Below, in pieces: positions 53,404 to 62,484 of a stretch of DNA of 64,000 bases. The notes under the pieces were generated by a model. The model did no database searches, had not been told where the DNA came from, and was given only the letters and a program-made list of their open reading frames with translations. The stretch is from an uncultured Candidatus Saccharibacteria bacterium (GTDB lineage Bacteria > Patescibacteriota > Minisyncoccia > UBA6257 > 2-01-FULL-56-20), in assembly GCA_964361095.1 (NCBI GenBank), contig CAYHZA010000007.1, forward strand, positions 3,010 through 67,009. Direction: 5' to 3'. Each line of letters begins with the position of its first letter. The first letter of the stretch is position 1. A program made the translations under genes and the position numbers.

Positions 53404-54060
53404 ATGTCATTCGAAAGAAGTTCTAATTTTGAGAATCAGGAGGGGCAACCGGAGAATTTTTCGGAGATGAAGCGCGTGTTCAAGGAGGAGGAAGGAATAT
53501 TGGCGCAATTTCGGGGCAAGGCAAAAGGAATCGCAAAGGTGTTGGCATTAGTTTCCACTATGTCTTTAGGTATGGCGGTTGCGCAAGAAACTTGGGCTGG
53601 ACAAGAGGGTCAGGGCGAACAGAAAAGTAATGTTGAGCAGATTGAAAAAGCTAAGGAAAAAATTGGAGAAGAACGAGCCGTCGAGCTTCTCTCTCTACTT
53701 TATAATCTTCCGGATACCCCCGGTGCTAATCAGGCAAAAAATCTTTGGGGAAAACAAGAGGCGGCACGCATTATGATTAAATTATTTTCACTTGACAATA
53801 AGCTTGGATTCCCCGAACTTAAAGCGGGAGAAAAATTGGAAGGTACTCCTTCTATCATAGATATCAAAAACGGACTTCACGTAATTGGGAACGCCACCGG
53901 TCTTTTTGCAGATAAAATGTTTGGTAATAAAGACGGCAATCCGGACATTGAAGAAATGCAAAAACTTCAAGTTGCGATGAAGGATAGCGTCGGCCTTCAG
54001 GAGTATATAGAGATGGAAGGGGAAGTTTCCGCATTAAGCAGAAATGTACAAGAACAATAA
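53404..54060 (+). CDS. hypothetical secreted protein
   Basis: 218 aa with an internal hydrophobic signal-anchor-like segment. Confidence 0.4.
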   Translation: MSFERSSNFENQEGQPENFSEMKRVFKEEEGILAQFRGKAKGIAKVLALVSTMSLGMAVAQETWAGQEGQGEQKSNVEQIEKAKEKIGEERAVELLSLLYNLPDTPGANQAKNLWGKQEAARIMIKLFSLDNKLGFPELKAGEKLEGTPSIIDIKNGLHVIGNATGLFADKMFGNKDGNPDIEEMQKLQVAMKDSVGLQEYIEMEGEVSALSRNVQEQ

Positions 54061-54328
54061 GGACATTGAATTCATTGCGCAGGCGCTCCGAGAGTCCTCG
54101 TTGAGCAAAGAAGACCAAGATGATTTTTTGCTCTTTTGTTTTATGACACCGAAATCCGAACGAGAGCCGTTGATCGCGTTAATTCAGGATGATCCATCAT
54201 GGATTCAAAAACTAAGCATAAATTATAAGGCGAAAAAACAGGCGATACGAGATCGAAACTCGGACTTGCTTGATGCTATTGTTCAAGAAGAACAAACGAT
54301 GCTCTCGGAAATAGAACAGCGGGGATGA
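54044..54328 (+). CDS. hypothetical protein
   Basis: 94-aa ORF overlapping the previous gene's end. Confidence 0.3.
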   Translation: MYKNNKDIEFIAQALRESSLSKEDQDDFLLFCFMTPKSEREPLIALIQDDPSWIQKLSINYKAKKQAIRDRNSDLLDAIVQEEQTMLSEIEQRG

Positions 54329-54429
54329 TAGTTTCTTGTGCATTAGGAATTTGCCAAGCGTTTTGCTGTTGTGTGTGGTTCGGGGCTTTTTACTTGTCTT
54401 GAGTTTTATCGAAGAGTTACAATAAATCT

Positions 54430-54708
54430 ATGATCACAATCATCGGCAACGACGTGAGGCGCGGTGGAGCAAAGATAGGCTGGGTTCGAGCGAACGATGT
54501 CTATAACGAAGACGGCAAGAAGGTTGGATATTTTTCAAGTAATGATATTTATGACACAAATAATCATAAGCTTGGCTATATCGAGGGGAATTATCTTTAT
54601 GCATCTGACGGACACAAAATCGAACTTGATGATATTCGGAAGGAAATAACCGGCGGTAGTTTGTCCGACTTGGAGCGCGCGGCGGTGCGTCTGCTTTTGG
54701 GAGATTAA
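54430..54708 (+). CDS. hypothetical small protein with an internal repeat (..GKK.GY..ND.YD..)
   Basis: About three roughly 20-aa repeats in a 92-aa ORF. Confidence 0.35.
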   Translation: MITIIGNDVRRGGAKIGWVRANDVYNEDGKKVGYFSSNDIYDTNNHKLGYIEGNYLYASDGHKIELDDIRKEITGGSLSDLERAAVRLLLGD

Positions 54709-54749
54709 TAAGAGCTCAAATTTTTTGTTCGCCGATTTTGCTGAATTGA

Positions 54750-54800
54750 ACCCCATTACAACCCAGAAATTCCGGCCGTGAGGCCGGATTGTAACGGGGT
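54750..54800. promoter_or_regulatory. palindromic element ACCCCATTACAA ... TTGTAACGGGGT with an internal ccggcc-gtga-ggccgg hairpin
   Basis: 11 of 12 reverse-complement arms, 27-nt spacer; upstream of the gene at 54861. Confidence 0.45.
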
Positions 54801-54860
54801 GAATGTATGATATATACTGATGAGTAGTATTATTTTTGAATTCTTCCGAGGAGGAACGCC

Positions 54861-55361
54861 GTGCGATTCTTGATGGGCGCGTTTTTGTTTTTTGTTGGCG
54901 TGGTATCTCTCGCGGTTGCCGAAGATATGCCGTCCGATCCGAACAGAATATCCCTTCTTTTCGCGGCTTCGGAGTTCTCGCTTGACCCCGCAATTCACTC
55001 CAAATTTTTCTTTGAAGATTACCGTCCCGATAAGATACGCTTCATCGATATACGAGACTTTTGTAGCCGGAAATGCGTGATGTCGGTGGCCATGATCTCT
55101 TGGGTAGGCGCCGCCATAGAATCCTATCGTGGCGACGGTAAGTTCAGACTTAGATCACGCGTTAAGCAAGAGCCGACAGTAAGCGCCAGTTTTGAAGTTA
55201 GTGACGGACAACGAGCAATATTCATTCCTCGCCGTTCAATGCCACGTATTGTCTTTCCGCTTGAAAATGGGAATTCACTACTTGCAGTTCATATCACTGG
55301 CAACGGCATTGCTTTGACGTATGCGCGCACGTTTGGTCCACCGAGGCCGAAGCGTCACTAA
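54861..55361 (+). CDS. hypothetical secreted protein
   Basis: N-terminal signal peptide MRFLMGAFLFFVGVVSLAVA. Confidence 0.4.
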   Translation: MRFLMGAFLFFVGVVSLAVAEDMPSDPNRISLLFAASEFSLDPAIHSKFFFEDYRPDKIRFIDIRDFCSRKCVMSVAMISWVGAAIESYRGDGKFRLRSRVKQEPTVSASFEVSDGQRAIFIPRRSMPRIVFPLENGNSLLAVHITGNGIALTYARTFGPPRPKRH

Positions 55362-55443
55362 AGGGCTCTGTGTGAAAATACAGAGTCCTTATTTTTTACG
55401 TAGGAAGCTTTTTTATTTTGCTCTAATCTCGAGAGCAGTTACA

Positions 55444-56655
55444 ATGCTTATGATGCCTTTGTTTTATTCAAAATTTCCCGATTCGCCCGGTGTTTACTTA
55501 ATGAAAGACGTTACCGGACGGATTCTCTATATCGGCAAAGCCGCGAATTTGAAGCGGCGTGTTTCGAGCTATTTTTTGAGACCTCACGGTTCTCGGATCC
55601 AAAAACTGGTGAGTGAGATCAAAAAAATAGATTATCGGTCAACCGATACCGCGATCGAGGCGCTGATCTTGGAAGCGCAACTTATTAAAAAATATCTGCC
55701 TCCATATAATATCCGAGAGAAGGACGATAAAAGTTTTCTCTATGTTGAAATCACCAAGGAGAAATTTCCGCGGGTTTTGCTTGTAAGGGGCAAAGAAAGA
55801 CTTGCCCAGCCGCACTTTTCTTTGAAAAGTGCGGCTGGGTTCGGACCATTTACTTCCGCTTCGAGTATCCGCGAGGCATTGCGTATTATTCGGAGGATCT
55901 TTCCCTTCAGTGTTCACTCGCCGGATGCGAAATTTACGAGGCCATGTTTTGAGCGTGAGATAGGGCTTTGTCCCGGAACCTGTGTTGGGGCGATAAACCG
56001 TGTTGATTATCTTAAGAATATTCGTAACCTTAAGCTGTTTTTCCAAGGCAAAAAAGATAGGATAGTAACCTCTCTCACCAAAGAGATGCGGATTGCGAGT
56101 AAGAAACTTGAATTTGAAAAAGCAGAAAAATGGAAGCGGCAAATATTCGCGCTTCGGCATATTCAAGATGTGGCATTGATCACAGAAGAACGGATTGCAA
56201 GCAGCGCGTTACAGGCAATAAGAATTGAGGGTTACGATATTTCGAATATTTCCGGTACTTCCGCGGTGGGGTCAATGGTAGTATTTGCCGGCAATGAACC
56301 GGAGAGAAACCAGTATCGGAAGTTCAAGATCAAATTATTTACCGAACCGAATGACGTGGGAATGTTATCGGAGGTTTTGCGGAGGCGTTTTCATAATGCG
56401 TGGCCGTTGCCTGTTCTGATTCTTGTGGATGGCGGTAAGGGCCAGGTGCATGCCGCAAAAGACGTGATAAGAGAGTTCGGTTTAAGGATTCCCGTCGTGG
56501 GTATCGCGAAGGGGCCGGAACGTAAACGCAATGACGTGGTAGGCATTATTCCCAAGGGCATCGCGAAATCAACGCTTATTAATGTGCGCGATGAGGCGCA
56601 CCGCTTCGCGATTGCGTATCACAAAACTTTGCGAAGCCAAGCTTTTCTCCGGTAA
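55444..56655 (+). CDS. uvrC: excinuclease ABC subunit C, truncated form lacking the C-terminal (HhH)2 domain
   Basis: GIY-YIG PGVYLMKDVTGRILYIGKAANLKRRVSSYF, UvrBC-interaction and RNase H-like regions; about 400 aa ending before where the HhH would be. Confidence 0.75.
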   Translation: MLMMPLFYSKFPDSPGVYLMKDVTGRILYIGKAANLKRRVSSYFLRPHGSRIQKLVSEIKKIDYRSTDTAIEALILEAQLIKKYLPPYNIREKDDKSFLYVEITKEKFPRVLLVRGKERLAQPHFSLKSAAGFGPFTSASSIREALRIIRRIFPFSVHSPDAKFTRPCFEREIGLCPGTCVGAINRVDYLKNIRNLKLFFQGKKDRIVTSLTKEMRIASKKLEFEKAEKWKRQIFALRHIQDVALITEERIASSALQAIRIEGYDISNISGTSAVGSMVVFAGNEPERNQYRKFKIKLFTEPNDVGMLSEVLRRRFHNAWPLPVLILVDGGKGQVHAAKDVIREFGLRIPVVGIAKGPERKRNDVVGIIPKGIAKSTLINVRDEAHRFAIAYHKTLRSQAFLR

Positions 56656-56748
56656 GCAACGCAAGATTGACAAACATTCGGAAGCGCAGTTAGATAGAAA
56701 GAGAACATTGTGTTATTTACGCTGGTGAACCTTTGGCGAGGAGGGTGC

Positions 56749-57072
56749 ATGGCGTATGGGAAAGAGTGGATTCAGGAAAAAATGCGCTCGGATTCTCTGC
56801 GGCGCGCGGGGTGGAAAGTTTTCATCCTTTTCGGGTACTTCGTTCTAGGACCCTGCCTTGGAATGGTGTTCGCTTTTTTCATCTATAAAGCGTGGCTTTA
56901 CTCGCCGACGCTTTACGTGCTCACGCTCATGAGCGGTTTGCTCGCGTGGAGTTACCGAAAACGCTTGAGCGTGCGATTCTCGAGCATTTGCGGATTCACA
57001 TCAACCTTTTTCACGCGGGGGATGCTATGGGTAACCACGAGATTTTCCTCGGTTCTGCGGTCGTGGATGTAG
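56749..57072 (+). CDS. hypothetical two-TM membrane protein, SD-led and GC-rich
   Basis: GGAGGG 4 nt before ATG; two TM helices. Confidence 0.3.
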   Translation: MAYGKEWIQEKMRSDSLRRAGWKVFILFGYFVLGPCLGMVFAFFIYKAWLYSPTLYVLTLMSGLLAWSYRKRLSVRFSSICGFTSTFFTRGMLWVTTRFSSVLRSWM

Positions 57073-57224
57073 GGTGGCGGGGAGGGAGTGCCGCTATCGT
57101 CATTTCCCTTGTTTTTGGGCTTTGGGTTCTGTTATTCGCCATCTGGTGTTTCGCGCATTACATTTACGGTCTTGACGCGGATGATGTCTCGACCGACGTC
57201 GACGACCCACAGCGCAATCAGTAG
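57027..57224 (+). CDS. hypothetical small membrane protein, or the frameshifted continuation of the previous ORF
   Basis: Overlapping alternative-frame ORF with a TM helix, ending before the terminator at 57268. Confidence 0.2.
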   Translation: MGNHEIFLGSAVVDVGWRGGSAAIVISLVFGLWVLLFAIWCFAHYIYGLDADDVSTDVDDPQRNQ

Positions 57225-57267
57225 TCAGTATCGAAATCAAAGCGACTTGCAAGAAGTAAGTCTTATG

Positions 57268-57305
57268 GTTTCACGATAAGCCCGGTATGTAACAAAACCC
57301 CGGGC
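57268..57305 (+). terminator. intrinsic terminator
   Basis: aagcccgg...ccgggctt stem + TTTTTTT. Confidence 0.65.
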
Positions 57306-57324
57306 TTTTTTTACCCAAAAAATT

Positions 57325-58113
57325 ATGTTGCCCCAAGACAGGCATCACACTACAATAAGAGCTATGCGAGCGCTTCGGACAAGGTTTGGCAAGGATATCG
57401 TAGCGGAATTTTTACCGCCCCGCCGGAGATCCCAAAACGTTATTATTCTTTGCGGCGGGATGCCGGGTTATCCGTCGGCCAAATTTCCGCTCCTGGATTT
57501 TTTTTCAAAAAAAGGATATTGGGTTTTTTCCCCGCGCTATCGGGGAAGCTGGGAGAGCGGCGGAAGATTTTTAAGAATTTCTCCGGATCGGGATGTGATT
57601 GCTGTTATAGACCAGCTTCCCTTGGGATTTAAAGACTTATGGAATAACAAAACGTATCGTGTAAAACCCGATAAGATTTATTTGATCGGCGGAAGTTTCG
57701 GGGGACCGGCGGTAATCTTATCGTCGCGCGACGCGCGGATTACCAAGGCAATCGCCATTTCTCCCGTGGTTGATTTTCGGGTGCGAAGCAAGGTGGATCC
57801 GATCGATTGGCTGGGAAAATTTGTTAAAGAAGCATTCGGAGAAGGATACCGTTATTCAATGAAGGATTGGAATAAATTAAAGAATGGCCGCTTTTATAAT
57901 CCCGTCGCGTACAGTGACGATTTGGACGGGAAAAAGCTTTTTATTATTCACGCGAAAGATGATGATGTGGTGGCGTGGAAGCCGGTTCAAAAATTTGCCC
58001 GCCGCGTCGGGTCTCAACTAATGCTTTTGCGGAGCGGAGGGCATCTTTCGATGCCGCTTATCGTCAAACCGCGTTTTTATAAGCGGATACATAAATTTTT
58101 AAAATCAAAATAA
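57325..58113 (+). CDS. alpha/beta hydrolase (S9 prolyl oligopeptidase / dienelactone hydrolase-like)
   Basis: Nucleophile elbow GGSFGG, downstream Asp/His context. Confidence 0.65.
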   Translation: MLPQDRHHTTIRAMRALRTRFGKDIVAEFLPPRRRSQNVIILCGGMPGYPSAKFPLLDFFSKKGYWVFSPRYRGSWESGGRFLRISPDRDVIAVIDQLPLGFKDLWNNKTYRVKPDKIYLIGGSFGGPAVILSSRDARITKAIAISPVVDFRVRSKVDPIDWLGKFVKEAFGEGYRYSMKDWNKLKNGRFYNPVAYSDDLDGKKLFIIHAKDDDVVAWKPVQKFARRVGSQLMLLRSGGHLSMPLIVKPRFYKRIHKFLKSK

Positions 58114-58116
58114 GAT

Positions 58117-58965
58117 ATGTTTTATATCGGCGGACATGTTTCGGCCTCTGGAGGACTTTCGAAGACGATCGAAAACGCGGAGAAAATCGGCGCGAATGCC
58201 ATTCAATTTTTCGGTTCTTCTCCGCGCCAGTGGCGCGTGACCAAACATTTCGGAGACGATATTGCGGCGTTTCGATTAGCACTTAAAAAAAGCCCCATCA
58301 AACAAGTATTTCTTCATGCACCCTATCTTATTAACCTTGCGAGTCCCGCCGAGGATTCACGCGCGCGGTCTCGAAATCTTTTGACGGATCATTTTAAGAT
58401 TGCCGAGGCGATTGGCGCTCAAGGGCTCATTTTTCATATCGGTTCTCGCAAGGGCTTATCAAAAGAACAAGCGGAAAAAATTATTGTTCGTGAGTTACGG
58501 GAGACGCTTCGTGGTGTTTCCGGAAAAAGTTTTCTTGTTATAGAAAACAGCGCCGGAGGAGGGGAAAGTGTGGGGAGTACCTTAGAGGAAATTGCATCTA
58601 TTATGAAAGCGGTTGATTCAGGGCGTCTTATGATGTGCCTTGATACGGCGCATGCTTTTGAGTCGGGAATGATACCCGGTTATACGGAAGAGACCGTTAA
58701 AGAGCTTGCGGGGAAGATAAAAAAAACCGTGGGATTTCACCGTCTCGTGGCGCTCCATGTAAATGACAGCAAAACCGTTTTTAACTCCCATCATGATCGC
58801 CACGAAAATATAGGGAAGGGATATATCGGGTTGGAGGGTTTTCAAGCGCTCGCTCGCCATAAAATATTCAAGAAGAAGCCGTGGATTTTAGAAGTTCCCG
58901 GATTTGACGGAAATGGCCCCGACAAAAAAAATGTCGACATTCTCAAGTCTTGTTTTACTTCATAG
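58117..58965 (+). CDS. nfo: endonuclease IV (AP endonuclease, TIM barrel)
   Basis: IGGHVSASGGL...IQFFGSSPRQW N-terminus; HAPYLINLAS, HIGS, HVNDSK metal-ligand motifs. Confidence 0.85.
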   Translation: MFYIGGHVSASGGLSKTIENAEKIGANAIQFFGSSPRQWRVTKHFGDDIAAFRLALKKSPIKQVFLHAPYLINLASPAEDSRARSRNLLTDHFKIAEAIGAQGLIFHIGSRKGLSKEQAEKIIVRELRETLRGVSGKSFLVIENSAGGGESVGSTLEEIASIMKAVDSGRLMMCLDTAHAFESGMIPGYTEETVKELAGKIKKTVGFHRLVALHVNDSKTVFNSHHDRHENIGKGYIGLEGFQALARHKIFKKKPWILEVPGFDGNGPDKKNVDILKSCFTS

Positions 58966-58990
58966 CGCCATAATGTTGTAGAATATAACC

Positions 58991-59500
58991 ATGGCAGCTT
59001 CATCTGGAAGACGTGCGTCGGCTCTTTATCTTCGGAACTTTGTGTTCGGGGTCGAGGATAGTTTGGTTTCAACCGTAGGACTTGTTTCCGGTGTCGCGAT
59101 CTCCGGTCTTCCGCGGGCGGCCATATTTATGACGGGCATCATATTGATTTTTGTGGAGGCATTCTCGATGGCTATCGGATCCTTTCTTTCGGAAGGATCG
59201 GTAGAAGATTATCTTGGGCAGAAGAATGAAAGCAGAAAACTTTCGTACGTTGCCGGGATTATTATGTTTGTTTCATATTTTATCTCAGGTTTTGTTCCGT
59301 TGTTTCCGTATCTTTTTTTTGAAGTTAGCGGCGCACTTACGTTGTCGATTGTCGTTTCACTCATTGCTCTTTTTTTCATGGGTGTCGCAAAGGGGAAAAT
59401 GTCACATACTCCGTGGATAAGGAGTGGATTCAAAATGTTTCTCGTGGGAGGAATCGCTATTGCGGTGGGAGTGACTATAGGAAGTCTGGTGCGTCTTTAA
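58991..59500 (+). CDS. VIT1/CCC1-family membrane protein (DUF125)
   Basis: RNFVFGVEDSLVSTVGLVSGVA signature, then four TM helices. Confidence 0.65.
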   Translation: MAASSGRRASALYLRNFVFGVEDSLVSTVGLVSGVAISGLPRAAIFMTGIILIFVEAFSMAIGSFLSEGSVEDYLGQKNESRKLSYVAGIIMFVSYFISGFVPLFPYLFFEVSGALTLSIVVSLIALFFMGVAKGKMSHTPWIRSGFKMFLVGGIAIAVGVTIGSLVRL

Positions 59501-59529
59501 GAGCTTGGATTTTATGATACACTAAGACT

Positions 59530-59784
59530 ATGAGCAACATTAAGGAGGGTTTTTTTATTCCCATCGAAGAAGCTATATTGAATCCTTTGACGGGGGTCGT
59601 TCTTTGGATTGTTTTTTCTATTCTTTTTCTTCTATGGGCGGCAATGAGTGTGATTCTCCGCTATCATTGGAAAAGTTATAGCTTTGAACAGAAAAAAATT
59701 ACTCGATCGAAGCAAGTCTATTTTACGGGGTCGTTTCTGTTTATTGCCATTATGATTTTTTCTTTGATTTTTTATTCGCTATGA
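59530..59784 (+). CDS. small membrane protein
   Basis: 84 aa, two TM helices. Confidence 0.35.
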   Translation: MSNIKEGFFIPIEEAILNPLTGVVLWIVFSILFLLWAAMSVILRYHWKSYSFEQKKITRSKQVYFTGSFLFIAIMIFSLIFYSL

Positions 59785-60308
59785 TAGACATAAAACCGGG
59801 CGAGAGGGTAATTTTTGAAGTACGGCGCCATTGGTATGTGCTTCTTGTCGAAACATTGTCGCTCCTCCTCTTTTTCGCCGTTCCCTTTGTGGCCTTCATA
59901 GTGTTACTTGTGGGAGGTTTTCCTTTGAGCGCCAAAATAATTTTTCTTTTAGTTTTTCTTAAAGCGGCGTGGTTCCTCTTGGGATGGATAATTTTTTTCG
60001 TCATTTGGACGAACTATTATCTTGATGTATGGATTATTACCGACAAACGGATTATTGATATTGAACAGAAGCACCTTTTTAATCGAAATATTTCCGAATT
60101 TGGACTGGATAGAGTTCAGGATGTTACCATAGAAGTCTCGGGATTTCTTCCGACGTTGCTCCACTTTGGAAACATTCACGTTCAGACCGCGGGAGAAACA
60201 AGGTTGTTTATCCTTAAGCATGTTCCGCGCCCCGACAAAGTAAAAGATATTATTTTCAAACAGCAAGATGAGTTTATGAGCTCTCTCCGGAGTGGGAAGC
60301 AATTCTAA
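59781..60308 (+). CDS. bacterial PH-domain membrane protein (DUF304/YdbT-like)
   Basis: GERVIFEVRRHWYVLL, two TM helices, then a PH-like beta region. Confidence 0.55.
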   Translation: MIDIKPGERVIFEVRRHWYVLLVETLSLLLFFAVPFVAFIVLLVGGFPLSAKIIFLLVFLKAAWFLLGWIIFFVIWTNYYLDVWIITDKRIIDIEQKHLFNRNISEFGLDRVQDVTIEVSGFLPTLLHFGNIHVQTAGETRLFILKHVPRPDKVKDIIFKQQDEFMSSLRSGKQF

Positions 60309-60310
60309 CT

Positions 60311-60544
60311 ATGTCTCGATTCAAAAAATTACGCATTCTTGAATTTTTGGTGATTGGTGTCGTTATGGGAACGATCGAGGATTTGATCGCGGTGTCTCTG
60401 GTGACGGATGCGACGATCAACCTGAATGTTATTTGGATTGTGTTCTTGGTCGCCCTGCCCTTCGCTTTTTTAAGTGAAATAGTGGTTGACCATCCGCGAT
60501 TTTGGGAGAAAATTTTCCCGCCAAAAGAAAAAGAGAAGATGTAA
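60311..60544 (+). CDS. small membrane protein
   Basis: 77 aa, two TM helices. Confidence 0.35.
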   Translation: MSRFKKLRILEFLVIGVVMGTIEDLIAVSLVTDATINLNVIWIVFLVALPFAFLSEIVVDHPRFWEKIFPPKEKEKM

Positions 60545-60695
60545 TAAAAAACTACGCGAAGATCGGGGGCCGTCAGAGCCGATCTGTATACCGAACGCCC
60601 TCGGGTTTTCGTCATCACTCTATGGTTCAAAACACACTATATGAAAAAACTGAGAGGGATGATAAAATAATGTTTATTTGTTATACATTGATACT

Positions 60696-61544
60696 ATGAA
60701 AAATAAATACGCAACTCTTGTTTTCGCGGTGGTTTTGGGCGTGGCGCTTATCGGTGTTTTGATCTACGCGCAGGTGATGAGAAAAGTTTCTGTTTCTCAG
60801 AAATATGCGGATGAGATTGTAGTTCAAAATCCGGAAGAAGATCAAACAGTCAAAAGTCCGCTTGAAGTGCGCGGCAAAGCAAGAGGATCGTGGTTCTTCG
60901 AAGCAAATATTCGCGTGGATATTCTTGACGCGAATAATAAGGTGATAACCCAAACAAACGGAATGGCGGAAGGCGAATGGATGACGGCTGATTTCGTGCC
61001 TTTCAAATCTACCGTCGTTTTTAAAACACCCGATACAAAAACAGGTATTTTGAGAATTAAGAATGATAATCCAAGCGGTCTTCCGGAGAATGAAAAATCA
61101 TTTGATGTTCCAATCGTTTTCGGAGAAGAAGAGACGGCGTCAATGGACGATCCCCGCACGATGAAGCTTAATATCTTTTTTGGGAGTTCAAAGTTTGATC
61201 CGCAAGGGGAGCGATGCGATATGACTTATTCGATTTCACGCTCTATTCCGAAGACAACATCCGTGGCAAAAACTTCGTTTCGTGAGCTTCTTCTTGGTCC
61301 GACCGCCCTTGAAAAAAAGGAAGGTTATTTTACGAGTATTCCCGATGGCGTAAAGTTGCAGGGGATCTCGGTTGAAAACGGAATCGCAAAAATTGATTTT
61401 AGTAAGGAACTTGATCTGGTCGGAGGATCTTGCCGCGTGACGGCTATTCGATCTCAAATCACCGAAACATTAAAACAATTTCCGACGATTCAAAATGTGG
61501 TTATTTCCATAGGCGGAAGAACAGAAGACATTCTCCAGCCATAA
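60696..61544 (+). CDS. Gmad2 (Ig-like) + GerMN domain lipoprotein or secreted protein
   Basis: N-terminal signal-anchor; SPLEVRGKARGSWFFEANIRVDILD (Gmad2-like); C-terminal ...FRELLLGPTALEKKEGYFTSIP...GIAKIDFSKEL (GerMN-like). Confidence 0.55.
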   Translation: MKNKYATLVFAVVLGVALIGVLIYAQVMRKVSVSQKYADEIVVQNPEEDQTVKSPLEVRGKARGSWFFEANIRVDILDANNKVITQTNGMAEGEWMTADFVPFKSTVVFKTPDTKTGILRIKNDNPSGLPENEKSFDVPIVFGEEETASMDDPRTMKLNIFFGSSKFDPQGERCDMTYSISRSIPKTTSVAKTSFRELLLGPTALEKKEGYFTSIPDGVKLQGISVENGIAKIDFSKELDLVGGSCRVTAIRSQITETLKQFPTIQNVVISIGGRTEDILQP

Positions 61545-61611
61545 TCTTTGCACGTGGGGCGCCGGAACGGATAAATTTGACGTATAAATAGTTTTGATGT
61601 ATAATCTAAGG

Positions 61612-62319
61612 ATGAAAAAAGTTGTCCTGCTTTTTGCCGCGCTTGGCTTGCTTCTATTTTTTGGGGTTTCAACCGCAAACCAAGAAGTCGGTGTGAGTCG
61701 GGAAGAAACTACACATTTCACGCTTACTTCGTTTCTTTATGACGGTGGGCGCTCGGTTTCTTTTGAAGTTTTCGCGGATGGCATTATGCCACGAGGAGCG
61801 CGAAAGGCGTTTCTTTCGGGTTCACTCGATCTGCATTCTGGTTTCGGATTTACCAAAGATTCTATTTATTTTAGTCGGCTTGCATTGCCCGATGGCGCCC
61901 TCCAAATTCGGGCAGACGGAAAGAAAATTTTTTTAGACGTTGATCTTTCGGAAATTCAGGATTTTCGGGCGTTTCGGCGCGCAAACGGCGGAACACTCTC
62001 CGAAATTACGGACCCGTCTGTTTTCCCTTCCATGATTGTTAGCTTTGTATGGGAAGTAGGAAAGCCGATTCCAACCTATGGCGGGAAAATCCAGTCCTTC
62101 TATGCGCGTCCGGACGGAGAGTGGACGCGGAGCGTTATCACGAACCTCAAACGTAATGTTCAAGGAACGGGAGAAATTTTCGGATTCCGAAGTTCCGCGG
62201 CAAGAATACGAAATTTTGAGTATACCGAAGAAGGAAGTGAAGTTTCCGTTTCTTCAGACGGCATTTTTCCTCCGGTCATTTCTTTTCCTAAAGACCCCAC
62301 GCTTCCCGAGGAACCGTAA
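61612..62319 (+). CDS. hypothetical secreted protein
   Basis: Signal peptide MKKVVLLFAALGLLLFFGVSTA. Confidence 0.45.
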   Translation: MKKVVLLFAALGLLLFFGVSTANQEVGVSREETTHFTLTSFLYDGGRSVSFEVFADGIMPRGARKAFLSGSLDLHSGFGFTKDSIYFSRLALPDGALQIRADGKKIFLDVDLSEIQDFRAFRRANGGTLSEITDPSVFPSMIVSFVWEVGKPIPTYGGKIQSFYARPDGEWTRSVITNLKRNVQGTGEIFGFRSSAARIRNFEYTEEGSEVSVSSDGIFPPVISFPKDPTLPEEP

Positions 62320-62338
62320 TATCAGAGAGAGGAGTTTA

Positions 62339-62398
62339 CCCCGTGAGAAGCATAGCTTCTCACGGGGGCTTGACATGTTGCATTTTTAAAGGTACAAT
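62339..62398 (+). promoter_or_regulatory. palindromic element CCCCGTGAGAAGC-ata-GCTTCTCACGGGG abutting the consensus promoter TTGACA-N17-TACAAT
   Basis: Perfect 13-bp arms; -35 62370-62375, -10 62393-62398; drives the GC-rich gene at 62485. Confidence 0.6.
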
Positions 62399-62484
62399 CT
62401 CCCCGTTGTACCTTGATTTAATTTTGGTCAGTTTTCCCTCCTAACACCCTTCCCCCCTCTTAAAAGAGGAGAAAGGAATAGAAC

